DNA of 64,000 nt from Euprymna scolopes. Its lineage: Eukaryota. Shown here in pieces: positions 13,777-25,649 of the stretch. The stretch is from NCBI GenBank assembly GCA_053919585.1, contig CM132824.1; one strand, 5' to 3'. Both the position numbers and the translations under genes were made by a program. Below the pieces are notes generated by a model. That model was given only the letters and a program-made list of their open reading frames with translations, did not search any database and had not been told where the DNA came from. Each line of letters opens with the position of its first letter. Within the stretch, counting starts at the first letter, position 1.

Positions 13777-14454
13777 GAAATAAAATATGCAGTGTTTACA
13801 TGATATGAGCAATGGTAAACTTCAATCTAATATTTATACCAGTATCTAAATACAGAGATATTTTAATACACACCAAATAAGAAAAAGTCTATTAAAACAC
13901 AATAGAGGTTAAAGCTTATTATAAGATGAACAAAAAAATGTTAGTTGAATTTTACACTCAAATTTAATGTTCGACTGAATACTCCAAAAAAACAATTTAC
14001 AAAGTCCTTATTCCACGGAGTTTCAAAGAATGCTATTCTTGTTATTTTTCTCATTAGAGTACAGAAAGCTATCCGCAAATTATATTTGTAGCAAATGTTT
14101 TTTTTTTAAGTATTCAGTCGTACAATAAATTTGATTGTAAATTTCAACTNNNNNNNNNNNNNNNNNNNNNNNNNNNNNNNNNNNNNNNNNNNNNNNNNNN
14201 NNNNNNNNNNNNNNNNNNNNNNNNNNNNNNNNNNNNNNNNNNNNNNNNNNNNNNNNNNNNNNNNNNNNNNNNNNNNNNNNNNNNNNNNNNNNNNNNNNNN
14301 NNNNNNNNNNNNNNNNNNNNNNNNNTATAATCTATTAATTGGATTTTTCCTTATTTACAGCGTTTTGTTTATTAAACATATCACACCAATGCTTTATACG
14401 AAGGCGAATTGGACGCCATGATGAATTTGTTGAATATGATATCTAGGAAGGAAA

Positions 14455-14883
14455 CATGCACTATAGAAATCCCACCTGTCTGTTTTAATGTGTGTATGTA
14501 TGTATGTATGTTTGTATGTAAGTCAACAACTTTCGTAAGAGCCAATGGATGTTCACGAGAGCGGTCTCGTCTTGACGCACAACCCTACATACAACAAATA
14601 TCGAAAAAATGTCTAAATACAATAATTTCTGCTTCCTCAACTGGGCAACTTTCTACAAGGAGGGGATCTCTTTTTTCGCCGATATTTTCGAAAGTCATTA
14701 ACTCTTTTCGGTCGACTTGCCTTAATTTAAACCTTCGCACTTCTGGTTTGGCGATGGACGCAACGGCAAATATATCATATTTTTTACGTTCTTTTCCTCC
14801 TACGCGGTACGGATTCTACTACTACTATTTTTCATGCTCAGCACACCTCAAAACCCTCAGCAAACGCCGAGCATCCAGGCTAG
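14455..14883 (+). mobile_element. Non-autonomous Helitron, family N1
   Basis: (GTAT)n lies near the 5' end, and the 3' end has a CTCAGC-AAAC-GCCGAG hairpin then CATCCAGGCTAG|T. The internal sequence is shared with the 51410 and 52462 copies. The 5' boundary is approximate. Confidence 0.75.
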
Positions 14884-16119
14884 TTAGACTATTATAATTA
14901 AATGGTTTTTAAATACTTTTAAAGAAACAATAAGGCGGATCTGGGAAACAATGCTTAGATAAGGGAATAGAGCATACAGCGCATAGAATTCCCAAATGTT
15001 AACTCATCTAGTACAAGCCAGGCTCAACATTGCATAATATCCGCGATCTAACGAGAATCGGTTGGCTGACATGATCATGATGTATATTAATTTTCTATCT
15101 TTCTATTATAGAAAAGGAACGTTGTGTGTGTGAGCGAGAGTTCATGTCCTATCGAATCCAATATAGAAAGAGCTTTAAAGTGTTGTGTTTCCATACCAGC
15201 AGAAAGACCTAGCATCCACAATTTAGGCTTCTTGATATGAGACGACCGCCTTCGAAATGGTTGTTTTTGCTAAAAGTGGACTTGCAAATGATACTCGAGT
15301 TATTCATTCAAACGTAAATTAAAAACATTATCACCGCACAAGCAGAAAGACAGGCATATGAAATCAACTACAAGTTTTTTTAGTATGACAAGGGAATGTT
15401 CGAAATAAATGTTTTTATTTAGAGCGTAATAGAAGCACTTTACTACACCTTTTCGTATTAAACTATACACCAAACCATTATGCACAATATAATATTAAAA
15501 AATCAACAGTAAGGTTTTAGATGTACAATGTAAACAACAATATATTGTGGACTAAGCCATTGCGGGCAGGTATGTGCAGCTTCTTCCCGGTCTCTTAAGA
15601 TGAGTCCATAACTAAAGCAGAAATCACTGGAGTTGACGGGAAAATGTGCGATTTCATCGATTTTGATGACAATAAATTATGAAAGTATAGACTTCTTTTG
15701 ATCATAAATCGACCATTTCGTCCTCTCTCTCTCTCTCTCTCTTACTCTGTCTCTATTTCTCTCTGCATGTGTATATATATATATATATATACTAGCAAAG
15801 ATACCCGTGCTTCGCACAGAGCTTTGTTGCACACTCGGGTACCAAAATCTGTGGGCACCTTTCCAGTAAGTTGATGTTGTAAGAGCAACGATTGCATAAG
15901 GTGATTAACATTTTAACTACCTCTTGTAGTGACTGAAATTCAATCAGGAACTTCACAAAACATTTTCATCAAAAAGGAAGGTTACTTGATGTTACATAGT
16001 AAATGTTTCATTGAAGTAATTTTCAACTCTTGCTTACATTTTATCTTGCACATTCAATACTAAAAACTTACCACAATCAGATCATGTCAGTTTTTCCTCA
16101 TATCCATTTCTCGAACTTT

Positions 16120-17838
16120 TCACTGAAGAGCCTCAGGGTAAACTACATTTCTGCTGCTTTGATTTGGAGCCAGAATGTAGAGTTTTTCTGAATTTCCTGT
16201 CCGGCTGATGGAGACGTAGAACATACCGTGACTGAAGCAGTCTGGTGTCAAGTCTACGCCAATGGTGTTAAATGTCTGACCTTGACTTTTGTGTATGCTC
16301 ATTGCAAAACACACCTTCACAGGAAATTGGAGTCTCCGGAATTTAAATGGAAGTTCTGAGTCCGATGGAACTAAGGGGATCCTTGGCAGTAGAACGGTTT
16401 CGCCTTTGTAGGGACCACAGGAAATGGTGGCCTCAAGTACATTGGTGTGTAATCTGGTGATAACACATCTGGTTCCGTTTGTTGTTTTTGGCGGTTTCAA
16501 GGATCGAAGAATCATGATTGGCGATCCAATTTTGAGATTTAAAATGTGTGGAGGCATTCCAGATATCTCCAAAGAGTTTAAAAACTCCACAGGGTAGTGA
16601 ACAGCTTCATATTCATTAGTAGCCGAATCAACTGACTTGTATAGCTTTGTGTCTCCTGGAAATTCATCCATTATTGAATTGTTCAAATGATTCACATTGC
16701 TGTTTAATGGCGAAATAATAGCCCTCTCAGCAAGCCAATCCGGTGATTTTCCATTGTTTTGCAGGTCTGGGTACACTTTGTCTTTCAGTTGCTTCTGATT
16801 ACCGACACATTTACCAAGCGCAGTTGGAATCTTAATTGTGTCAGGTGAAGAAGTGATAGGAAACTGACCATTACCGATCTGGAGAAGCAATTTTGAGAAG
16901 TCTGCTGCAGCTGTGTTATCAGAGATATAGGCTCTCATATTAGTAGTCAGTCTCTTCACTATAACGTGCCTCCAGAGATAGGATTGTTTCAAACTTGCAT
17001 TGACAATGTTAGCCCTTGTGCCATTTTTAACCACTGGGAGGATTTGACGGAAATCACCGCAAAATAAGGTTGGAATGCCACCCATGGGATTCTTGTTTCC
17101 TGTGATGTCTTGCAGTGTTCGATCAATTGCTTCATAAGCACTCTTGTGCGTCATTGGGGCTTCGTCTACAATGATTGCAGAGGTGTCTCTAATTACATTT
17201 GCCAAGGCTGAGTTACCAGTAATTTTGCAAACTGGCTGATCCATTCGATGAGTATCCAAGGGTACTTTAAAAGTGCTGTGAAGAGTGCGGCCACCTTGTA
17301 ATAGAGTAGCAGCAATGCCACTGGATGCTGTTGCAAGCACAATCTTTCTCATGGATCTAATCTTTGCAAGGATCAAATTGATTACAAAAGTCTTGCCCGT
17401 ACCACCTGGAGCATCAAGAAACATCATGTTTTTGTTCATTTCACCTTGTGCTTCCAACATTGCCATGAATGAATTGTAAACTTCTCTTTGAGAATCGGTC
17501 AGTTTTTCTTGCATATTTTCTGCTTGTAGGGAAAGTTCTTCAAGATTATAAGTAACTTCACGTTGATACTCTCTCGCGAGTCTTTCATCTCTCCCTTGCG
17601 TTGGTGCAGGTAATTCATAGCTTGCCAATGGTTGACCGCACATGAGGAGAACTTTTTCTTCAATTAGACAAAGAGTTTTATTGTAGATGTCCTCATTAAA
17701 ATCTGCTTCTGGATTGTTAACTTCTTGCCTGTATCTGTGAAGAATGTCTTCAGATATTACATCACGAAAAGCCATCCAGATCTCAAGAGGATTTCTTGGC
17801 TCACAGGCTGTTAAAATTATCACAAATAGGCTTCGCAA
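16120..17838 (-). CDS. Helitron RepHel C-terminal PIF1-family (SF1B) helicase
   Basis: Walker A DAPGGTGKT, Walker B IVDEAPM, GDFRQILPV, AMSIHKSQGQT and HGMFYVSISR. It is in the same frame as the Rep ORF, separated by a TAA and 13 sense codons (AVGEASATQSPSN), so the original ORF was ~1571 codons. Confidence 0.95.
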   Translation of the reverse strand: MRSLFVIILTACEPRNPLEIWMAFRDVISEDILHRYRQEVNNPEADFNEDIYNKTLCLIEEKVLLMCGQPLASYELPAPTQGRDERLAREYQREVTYNLEELSLQAENMQEKLTDSQREVYNSFMAMLEAQGEMNKNMMFLDAPGGTGKTFVINLILAKIRSMRKIVLATASSGIAATLLQGGRTLHSTFKVPLDTHRMDQPVCKITGNSALANVIRDTSAIIVDEAPMTHKSAYEAIDRTLQDITGNKNPMGGIPTLFCGDFRQILPVVKNGTRANIVNASLKQSYLWRHVIVKRLTTNMRAYISDNTAAADFSKLLLQIGNGQFPITSSPDTIKIPTALGKCVGNQKQLKDKVYPDLQNNGKSPDWLAERAIISPLNSNVNHLNNSIMDEFPGDTKLYKSVDSATNEYEAVHYPVEFLNSLEISGMPPHILNLKIGSPIMILRSLKPPKTTNGTRCVITRLHTNVLEATISCGPYKGETVLLPRIPLVPSDSELPFKFRRLQFPVKVCFAMSIHKSQGQTFNTIGVDLTPDCFSHGMFYVSISRTGNSEKLYILAPNQSSRNVVYPEALQ

Positions 17839-17877
17839 ATTTGAAGGTGATTGAGTGGCACTTGCCTCTCCTACTGC

Positions 17878-20835
17878 TTAATGCAAGTGATGGTCATTTT
17901 CTAGAAGGCCTCGAGCAAGGCACGCTGCTCTGTATGTTTCAAACACCTGACCATTGTATGCTCGCAAATTTTGAAATGAAGTTGGACCAGCAACCTCATT
18001 GAGCAACAGGCGTAAGAAATAACACTCCCCTGCTTTTGGACTAATCGTGTAGATTCTCCCAATGCATGGTGCCTTCCATACATCATCATTTTCAGTACCT
18101 TCAACTTGTACCCCACGCATTCTTCTCATCCATTTCTTTGTCGATTTGTTCCAAGTGTAAAACTCAGGGACTGTTACGTATTTGAGACCCCTTGCAAAGT
18201 CATCCTCATGGCAGAGTTGAAAAAATGCTGTCAAAGTTGTGGCAAGCGGTGGACCTTGGGCTCGTTCCAGAGCAGTATCAGCTGAGAACATGACACGCTG
18301 CCCATTTTCAAGATGAACAGAAAGTTGTACAATTGGGGGGAAATGTTCATGGATGGGATGTTCCAATATCCTCCAGGCCGCCTCTGAACTGCCGACATAC
18401 CTTGCATTCTGGAACTGCTGGATCTCATCCACAATGTGACTTTGTACTTGGCCTTGTTGGTTAGCTGCTCCATCAGTTCTTTGTAGTTCAAACACTGCTT
18501 GATCACATCCTTTATTCACGTATTTGAGGGCATATTTGATGCTTTGGATCGAGCTGCAAATTTCTACGTTAATGTGAGCGTTGAACTGCTGAAGGAGGAC
18601 CTTGTTGTACGGAACAATCCACTGGTTTGTTATTTCTTGATTAACATACCGACCATTTCTCTTCATCCTTATTGTACCAGTCTGACCTCCATCTTCTGGT
18701 TTTCTTCGCCTGTACTTGGGGTAAGAGTCTTGGCCTTGCTCGGTACACTGAAGAAATTCTTTTGGGTATTTTTTGGAACATTTGTTGTCAATCATACATG
18801 GACAATTTGGATTAAATGGTCCACAAGATCCATGCACCATATGTGCCATCACTTTAGCATGAAGATCAGGATCTTCCTCTCTGTCAGGGATCTCTGTAGA
18901 TATGCAGAGATCCAGTTTTTCTGGTATAAGTTTGTCCTCTGGGGCCTGCCAGGTGAGGATGTGTGCATGCGGCAGTCCTCTTTTTTGATATTCAATACTG
19001 TACAGGAAAGCCCTCAACCTGCCAAATCCGCCCTTTTTAATAAATTCAAGTAACTTTTTTAGCTTCTGCCTGAAAACCCTGGCAACAATATCTGGACGAT
19101 CCTGAGGGTCTTGCCCTTGAAGACAATTTTCTGTAATTTCTGTCCACTTTGGATTTGTTGTGAACGTGATGAAGAGGTCGGCTCGGCCCATTCGCCGAAC
19201 ATATGTCATGGCATCACTTTGACGCTCAAACATGTACCGAGGGCCTCCTGTATAAGTTGCTGGAAGTACAACTCGTTGACCAAACTGTTCTGGATTCCCA
19301 TCCTCCCTAAGAATTGAATCTCTCAAGTTGCTATAATTGTCAGCTCTCAGGGTCTGTTGCTCACACCTCAGGAACTGTAAACGTTCTGTTTCAATCTTGC
19401 AGTACACATCCACCAGCCATTGTTGAAATAGCCTTCGGTACCAGAGAAAATAGTTTCCAGGCCGAGTCATTAAATGGTACGAATAAAATTGCTGTTGGGT
19501 AACTTTTCGCCCATTGGATGCCTTCATGTAGATGTTGTAAGATGGAGAACCATAGGGGCACATTAACGGGTACATTAAAGTATCGTAGAGGGGATGTAGT
19601 TCGGAGATCCATTTTAATGTATCATTTCTAAAACGCAAGACAATATCCCGGTTAGCTGTTGGTTCATTCTCCATTAATATTCCAATCTCATACGTTGTTG
19701 TTGGAGCATTGAATCGCCGTGGATGCTCTTCTTGCGGCCTTCGGTCTTCCCTTATGACAACTTTATGTTCTACCAAGTGTTCTTCTTCAATCCTCTCCTT
19801 TGTTGTTTTCAGCTGACAAATGAAGCTGTTGTTCTCATGTAAAAATTCAGTCAGACTTTGGAGAATGTCTCCATTGAGTCTACTGTCACGTCCCCGATTA
19901 TGTAGTTCCTCTTCCAGACTATCCAAGAAGTAGACTTGAATAAACTTTGCTGTTTCATCTTCAGGTGATAAAAGACTCCCAATCTGGTGGCAAACCTGGC
20001 CTCGAATTCTAAAAGAAGGATTCCACCCATGTACTGCCGCAATTTTGTGACCAAATGATGTCATTGCAAAACAATTGTTATAACTGCGTAGATTTTGCAG
20101 AAAATCTTTAGAGATGGGACCATTGCCGGAGAGCAAATCTTGAAGCAACTGAGGCAGTGGTGGAAAGCTATCAAGCACAACTTTGCCAGAAGAACAACAA
20201 CAACCAGGGGTTTCTCCTTTAAATTTTACAGCTGAGCAATGTTGACATACTTTGTCTATTTTTCCTATATCAGCTGTAGTGAGAGAGTCATTTTTGTTGT
20301 AGAGCAATCCTTTTCTATTGCAGTGTTCTATTTCATGGTGTCTCAAAGCAGTCATTCGTTGTCTAGCTGCCTCGTTTTCTGTCAATTGCTGGGGCAAAGT
20401 CATACTCTCTCTCCATGCAGCCTCTCGTTGTTGCCCTTGGTATAGGCGAAAGCTTCGTTGGGTTTCCGATTCATTCTGATGTCGTTGAACCACTCTCAAC
20501 TGACCTTGTGTACGTCTACTTACCTCATATAATTCATTCGATCGTAATATTGCTTCTCTTTCCAGTGCATATCTTTGCCTTTCTTGAATTTCATCTTGTG
20601 ATGAATTTAACCGCCTTACAGCATGTCTAGTTCTGTCAGCTTCACGTTGGGTTTCTCTTTCCAAATCTGACAGTCTTGCTCTCCTTTCTCTTTGACGTAT
20701 CCTGTTAAGTTCTAGACGTCTTTCTCTATCTGAATTGTTTTCATTGGAGCGAATTGCAGCAACTCTTAGTCTATTAGCTTCCAATCTTTCCATTCTTTCT
20801 TCCTCACTTTCGTTTCTACTTCGTTTGGGTGGCAT
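17878..20835 (-). CDS. Helitron RepHel N-terminal part: 23-aa repeats, Zn-finger-like motif, HUH/Y2 Rep domain
   Basis: 985-aa ORF. It has CQHC...CCC (Zn-binding-like), Rep motif I LFITFTTNPKW, motif II EYQKRGLPHAHIL (HUH) and motif III KYALKYVNKG (two Tyr). It ends at a TAA that is in frame with the helicase ORF. Confidence 0.95.
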   Translation of the reverse strand: MPPKRSRNESEEERMERLEANRLRVAAIRSNENNSDRERRLELNRIRQRERRARLSDLERETQREADRTRHAVRRLNSSQDEIQERQRYALEREAILRSNELYEVSRRTQGQLRVVQRHQNESETQRSFRLYQGQQREAAWRESMTLPQQLTENEAARQRMTALRHHEIEHCNRKGLLYNKNDSLTTADIGKIDKVCQHCSAVKFKGETPGCCCSSGKVVLDSFPPLPQLLQDLLSGNGPISKDFLQNLRSYNNCFAMTSFGHKIAAVHGWNPSFRIRGQVCHQIGSLLSPEDETAKFIQVYFLDSLEEELHNRGRDSRLNGDILQSLTEFLHENNSFICQLKTTKERIEEEHLVEHKVVIREDRRPQEEHPRRFNAPTTTYEIGILMENEPTANRDIVLRFRNDTLKWISELHPLYDTLMYPLMCPYGSPSYNIYMKASNGRKVTQQQFYSYHLMTRPGNYFLWYRRLFQQWLVDVYCKIETERLQFLRCEQQTLRADNYSNLRDSILREDGNPEQFGQRVVLPATYTGGPRYMFERQSDAMTYVRRMGRADLFITFTTNPKWTEITENCLQGQDPQDRPDIVARVFRQKLKKLLEFIKKGGFGRLRAFLYSIEYQKRGLPHAHILTWQAPEDKLIPEKLDLCISTEIPDREEDPDLHAKVMAHMVHGSCGPFNPNCPCMIDNKCSKKYPKEFLQCTEQGQDSYPKYRRRKPEDGGQTGTIRMKRNGRYVNQEITNQWIVPYNKVLLQQFNAHINVEICSSIQSIKYALKYVNKGCDQAVFELQRTDGAANQQGQVQSHIVDEIQQFQNARYVGSSEAAWRILEHPIHEHFPPIVQLSVHLENGQRVMFSADTALERAQGPPLATTLTAFFQLCHEDDFARGLKYVTVPEFYTWNKSTKKWMRRMRGVQVEGTENDDVWKAPCIGRIYTISPKAGECYFLRLLLNEVAGPTSFQNLRAYNGQVFETYRAACLARGLLENDHHLH

Positions 20836-22764
20836 AATTTCGGTTTTAAACGGAATTGTTTAACGATATTAATGATTGTAAATTAATTAAGCGTAAAGGA
20901 AATGTATACTAACTGAAATGGACGAACTATAAATAATATTTCTGAATAGTACAATTATAAACAATTATATTGTACCTATTTACTATGCCTCCCCACGGGA
21001 CAGAGTTAGACACCAGGGTCGTTTTTTAACGTGGAGAAAAGGTACAAAAATAAAAATTGTCTCAGTCGTGAATGATTTCTCCTCCACCGAAAGAGAACAA
21101 GAAAATGAAGTGCAGCATCTGAAGAACAGATACTACACTTTGATCTTGACCAAAAGGAATGAATAAAAGCGACCTACGTGTGACTCATTACTTCCGGGTG
21201 TAAACGTCACAGTCTAAAAGTAATAATTAAAAAAAAAAGTAAATGTAAAATAAATGTAATACCAACTTAGATTAACTAAGTAAACAGTACAATTAAAACA
21301 GTTCTATTAAAACAAATAATTACTAAGATCTAGGTAATTGTTAGTCTCATTGTTATGGTTTTAAAGGAAAAAATGTGTAAAAAAAGTTCTGCTTTTGTGA
21401 GTACGTGTATTTCTTTTAAATTACATAACCGTTTTATTTTATTATTTATATCTCTTTTAAATTTATATATTTTGTTAGTAAACTGGAAGAAATTCAGTTG
21501 AATAAAACATTGTTCGTGTTCTTTACGTTAAACTCATATTTTTATAAAAGGTTCATCCGGTTTAAAGAAAGCACTAAGTTTAAATAAGACTGGAAATAAC
21601 TAATTCAATATATAAATAGAAAAATGAAATAAATATAAGCTTTAAGTCTTAAGATAGTAATACTCAAAATGTAATAAATTATTTGTAGTTCAACTCTATG
21701 ATAAGACAGGCTTTCGAAATAGGCTCGACCAGAAAGATTAAATTGGAACGAAATTATAATCTCCGTGCCATTTTCAAAACAACCCCACAAAAGTAACGGT
21801 ATCCTGCAGTTGGTTAAATGACAATGGTTGTAAGAAAAATGTAAAAGAAAATGCGCTTATCTGTTTATTTTGACCTGTTTTATTTAATTAAAAAAAAATT
21901 GGCTATAACTGGAAGAGAGCGTTATGTTTTGGGGGTTGTTTAAAAAATAGAATGGAAATAAAGTTAGTTCCGTTTTAATTGTCTTTAATTGCGGCAAGCG
22001 CTAACAAAATCGAAAAATCACTGTTTACATTCGAAATGTTAACTTTTATAGGTATACAGGTTTGCTGACAAGGCTGGGGGTGTTTAATACAATTATTTTA
22101 CTAAATTGATTTTTTTTCATTTAAAAATAAAATTATTTCTTTTTTAATAAAGTTTTATTTTAAAATATTTGTTTTTGTTTATTTATATAAAATTACGATA
22201 GTTGTAAGTTGATTTGCATTCTTTCAATTATATTGGCAAGTAAAATATAAAAGATTAAAACGGAACGAAATTGAAATTTCCATTACATTTTCAATACAAT
22301 CCCAAAACATAAAGCTTTCCTCGCCAATGAATTGTTTTGATAATATACGTAAAGTGAAATAAATCGAATATAAAATTAAATGAAAATATATTAAATAATT
22401 AAATGTTAAATAGATTTTGTAAATAGTACAGTTGAAATGATTAGAATATTTCCAATATGTAATAAGGTCGAGGTAATTAGTTAAAGAGATTTAATATAAT
22501 GTGATATGCAAATGAGCATAAGTCATTCGATATGGGGGTGGTTTGTAGACTAGTATATAAAGAAATTAGGCAAAGATTCTTATGTCTCCTATAACAGACA
22601 CATCCTAAAATGGGTTCTAATGTTTCTCTACCAGGAGAGATCTACCCTCTTACCTCCTTTATATTTCGTTGATGATGGAGAGCTGTACACACAGACAGAA
22701 ACACACGAACCCTATTACTTTATAAAAATATAGATATGTGTGTGTGGGTGTGAGTGTGTATAAA

Positions 22765-22822
<58 letters not shown>

Positions 22823-22860
22823 AGTCCGTAAAGCATTTTATCCAAGGCATGAAAATTGTA

Positions 22861-23028
22861 AAAACAAAAGGTACAAGAATCAATTGGAAATTTATTTATC
22901 TTCAAAGTGCACTTTTATAAATTTTACAACGTAAGGTATAAACATTTAATACCTTACTTTGTAAAATGTATAAAAGTGCACCTTGAAGATAAATAAATTT
23001 CAAAGTAAATCTTGAACCTTTATTTTTA
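22861..23028. repeat. AT-rich hairpin palindrome (~80-bp arms, short loop)
   Basis: GAAATTTATTTATCTTCAAAGTGCACTTTTATA...GTAAGGTAT pairs with ATACCTTAC...TATAAAAGTGCACCTTGAAGATAAATAAATTTC. Confidence 0.9.
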
Positions 23029-24463
23029 AAGCCTATAGTAAACACATTTTGTTTAACCATTTCCATCGCTGAAACGATTTTTTAAATAGTATCGTATCTT
23101 TTTAAGATTATATTTTTTCTTTTACTTTAGTGTATCTATTTTCCACTATATATTCGGTACAATATAATAATCAATACAATGTAAAGTCTTATAAGAAATA
23201 GGAAATCTGCATATAGTAAAATATTGTGTTTAAGCATATTTTATAAGACAACGCAAAGGGGGTAAATAAAAAAAAATATTTTTTATACTATATTAAGCAA
23301 TAGAGTTTAAATCTATGATATTAATTACGAAATCTCCATGAATAATAAAAAAAAAAATAAATATCGTATTTTAGCTTATATTACAAGGTGGCANNNNNNN
23401 NNNNNNNNNNNNNNNNNNNNNNNNNNNNNNNNNNNNNNNNNNNNNNNNNNNNNNNNNNNNNNNNNNNNNNNNNNNNNNNNNNNNNNNNNNNNNNNNNNNN
23501 NNNNNNNNNNNNNNNNNNNNNNNNNNNNNNNNNNNNNNNNNNNNNNNNNNNNNNNNNNNNNNNNTTACTATATATCCCAATCTCTTTCACAGAAATTAAC
23601 ATTTTCTTTGTTTGGTGAACCAATCAATTTGCGTCTACTTCGTCCTTCATTTCTTCATATCAAACAATACAGAAAAGCCATTCAAGTTCTCATTAGTTTT
23701 TATTTATTGTCATTAGATGAAACATTCGATTGATTCGTCATCAAAGAAAACTACTTTTTCCCCTTTTTTCAGTTCCGTTCATTAACGATCAACCCGTTTC
23801 ACAATCCTTGTGTTTGTGGGGTAATTTCAAGATGCGTTTCGGTCCTGTATAAAAAAAGAATGTGAGTTGAGGTTATTGCGTGCAAACTGTCACATTCACT
23901 GACAATCATGGCGACTGACGACCGTGAAACGGAGCATTGAACAAACAGACCCGATCATGTGTTTTTTTTTTGTTTGCATTTATGGGTATTCTTTTTCGTT
24001 TTGTATTTGTTTTNNNNNNNNNNNNNNNNNNNNNNNNNNNNNNNNNNNNNNNNNNNNNNNNNNNNNNNNNNNNNNNNNNNNNNNNNNNNNNNNNNNNNNN
24101 NNNNNNNNNNNNNNNNNNNNNNNNNNNNNNNNNNNNNNNNNNNNTTTATAGAAGGCATTTCTTTTGAAATATCCTTATTGACTATTATTATTACCGTTCT
24201 TATTATTATTACTAGTATAAGGGAAAATGAACATTTCTGAATGTAATCTTTTAGAATAATTTTCTATGATTGCAATGATATATTATTATTCATTTTTTAA
24301 TATTATCATTACAGTGTTTCCATTTTTGAAGGACAAGTGGGTAGTTTTTTTCTATGAATAGAAATACCGTCCGTTTCCCCGTATCTTAACAACGAAATTG
24401 TGTCTCATTTTCCTTAATATTAATGGTATTTCACTCTTGTTCCTTAATAAAATGTCCGTGTAA

Positions 24464-24496
<33 letters not shown>

Positions 24497-25649
24497 AATG
24501 TCATGTCTGCTCCTCTGTTTCTGTTTTTGTCTTTNNNNNNNNNNNNNNNNNNNNNNNNNNNNNNNNNNNNNNNNNNNNNNNNNNNNNNNNNNNNNNNNNN
24601 NNNNNNNNNNNNNNNNNNNNNNNNNNNNNNNNNNNNNNNNNNNNNNNNNNNNNNNNNNNNNNNNNNNNNNNNNNNNNNNNNNNNNNNNNNNNNNNNNNNN
24701 NNNNNNNNNNNNNNNNNNTCTCTGTTAATTTTCAATCTACAAACTCGAGACTTGGAAAAAACCCAACTGGTTATCGGTTTTCGGCGAGAAGCTTTGCTGT
24801 CAACGGGTCAAAGTTGCACGATTTTACCTTTGAAAATTCTATCAAACTCCTCCGCCAATTTTGTATCTAAACACTTGTAATNNNNNNNNNNNNNNNNNNN
24901 NNNNNNNNNNNNNNNNNNNNNNNNNNNNNNNNNNNNNNNNNNNNNNNNNNNNNNNNNNNNNNNNNNNNNNNNNNNNNNNNNNNNNNNNNNNNNNNNNNNN
25001 NNNNNNNNNACATGTAAAAATGTTTGGGAGTGATCAATGCTCATCGAACTGCATTGAGAATGACGGAGAAACGTCCACAAAATAAATTATCGAACACAAC
25101 ATGTTAATCGATTTGATGTTACCAATGTTCTCCATCAAATCCCTCGACGTTTAAAAATAGATATCATTTTTGGGACGATCCTCGTACATAGCTAATACCC
25201 CTTAAACCATTCAGTGAATGTGTATCTGAATTTCTGAACAAAAAAAAAAAGTTGCATTTCGATAAGATGTACCTCTGAAAAAGCAGCATGAAAATAATTT
25301 TATGAATTACGTATTCGAGTCAAATCATACACAAAGTTTTTACTGGGCAATCATTGTAATACGAGTTCCTTAGATATAGCGATGTTTCATTGACTTCCTC
25401 CACGCAGTAAAAATCGAACTGATACAAATTCACCGCTTTATGTTGAACATTTACAAAGTTGATACATTTTACGTTAGCACAGTAAGTACATAGTGACAGG
25501 AATGTGAGTGCCAAATATTTCTCCGGACCTTTAAGACCAAGACATAAAATGGTTTGCAAAATTGAATTGAAATACTTTCTTCCTGTTTTGAAGACTAAAT
25601 TTTCTGACGACAAAACATTGCTCTATTTAATGGTAGCACTCACACATTC

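Larger units (their letters stand above)
15792..22734 (-). mobile_element. Autonomous-type Helitron (rolling-circle transposon), ~6.9 kb, near intact
   Basis: The minus strand begins A|TCTATATTTTTATAAAG (5' TC) at 22734. It ends CTGTGC-GAA-GCACGG hairpin, GTATCTTTG, CTAG|T at 15792. Insertion is between A and T with no TSD, and the element contains the RepHel coding region. Confidence 0.9.

Noticed and set aside
14409-14897. 162-aa ORF
   Set aside because: It lies within a non-autonomous Helitron, crosses a (GTAT)n tract and has no recognisable domain.
16120-17838. Host PIF1 helicase gene
   Set aside because: It is intronless, in frame with a HUH Rep domain and inside Helitron termini.
17285-20630. 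Antisense and alternate-frame ORFs inside the Helitron
   Set aside because: Shadow ORFs of the RepHel coding sequence with no motifs.
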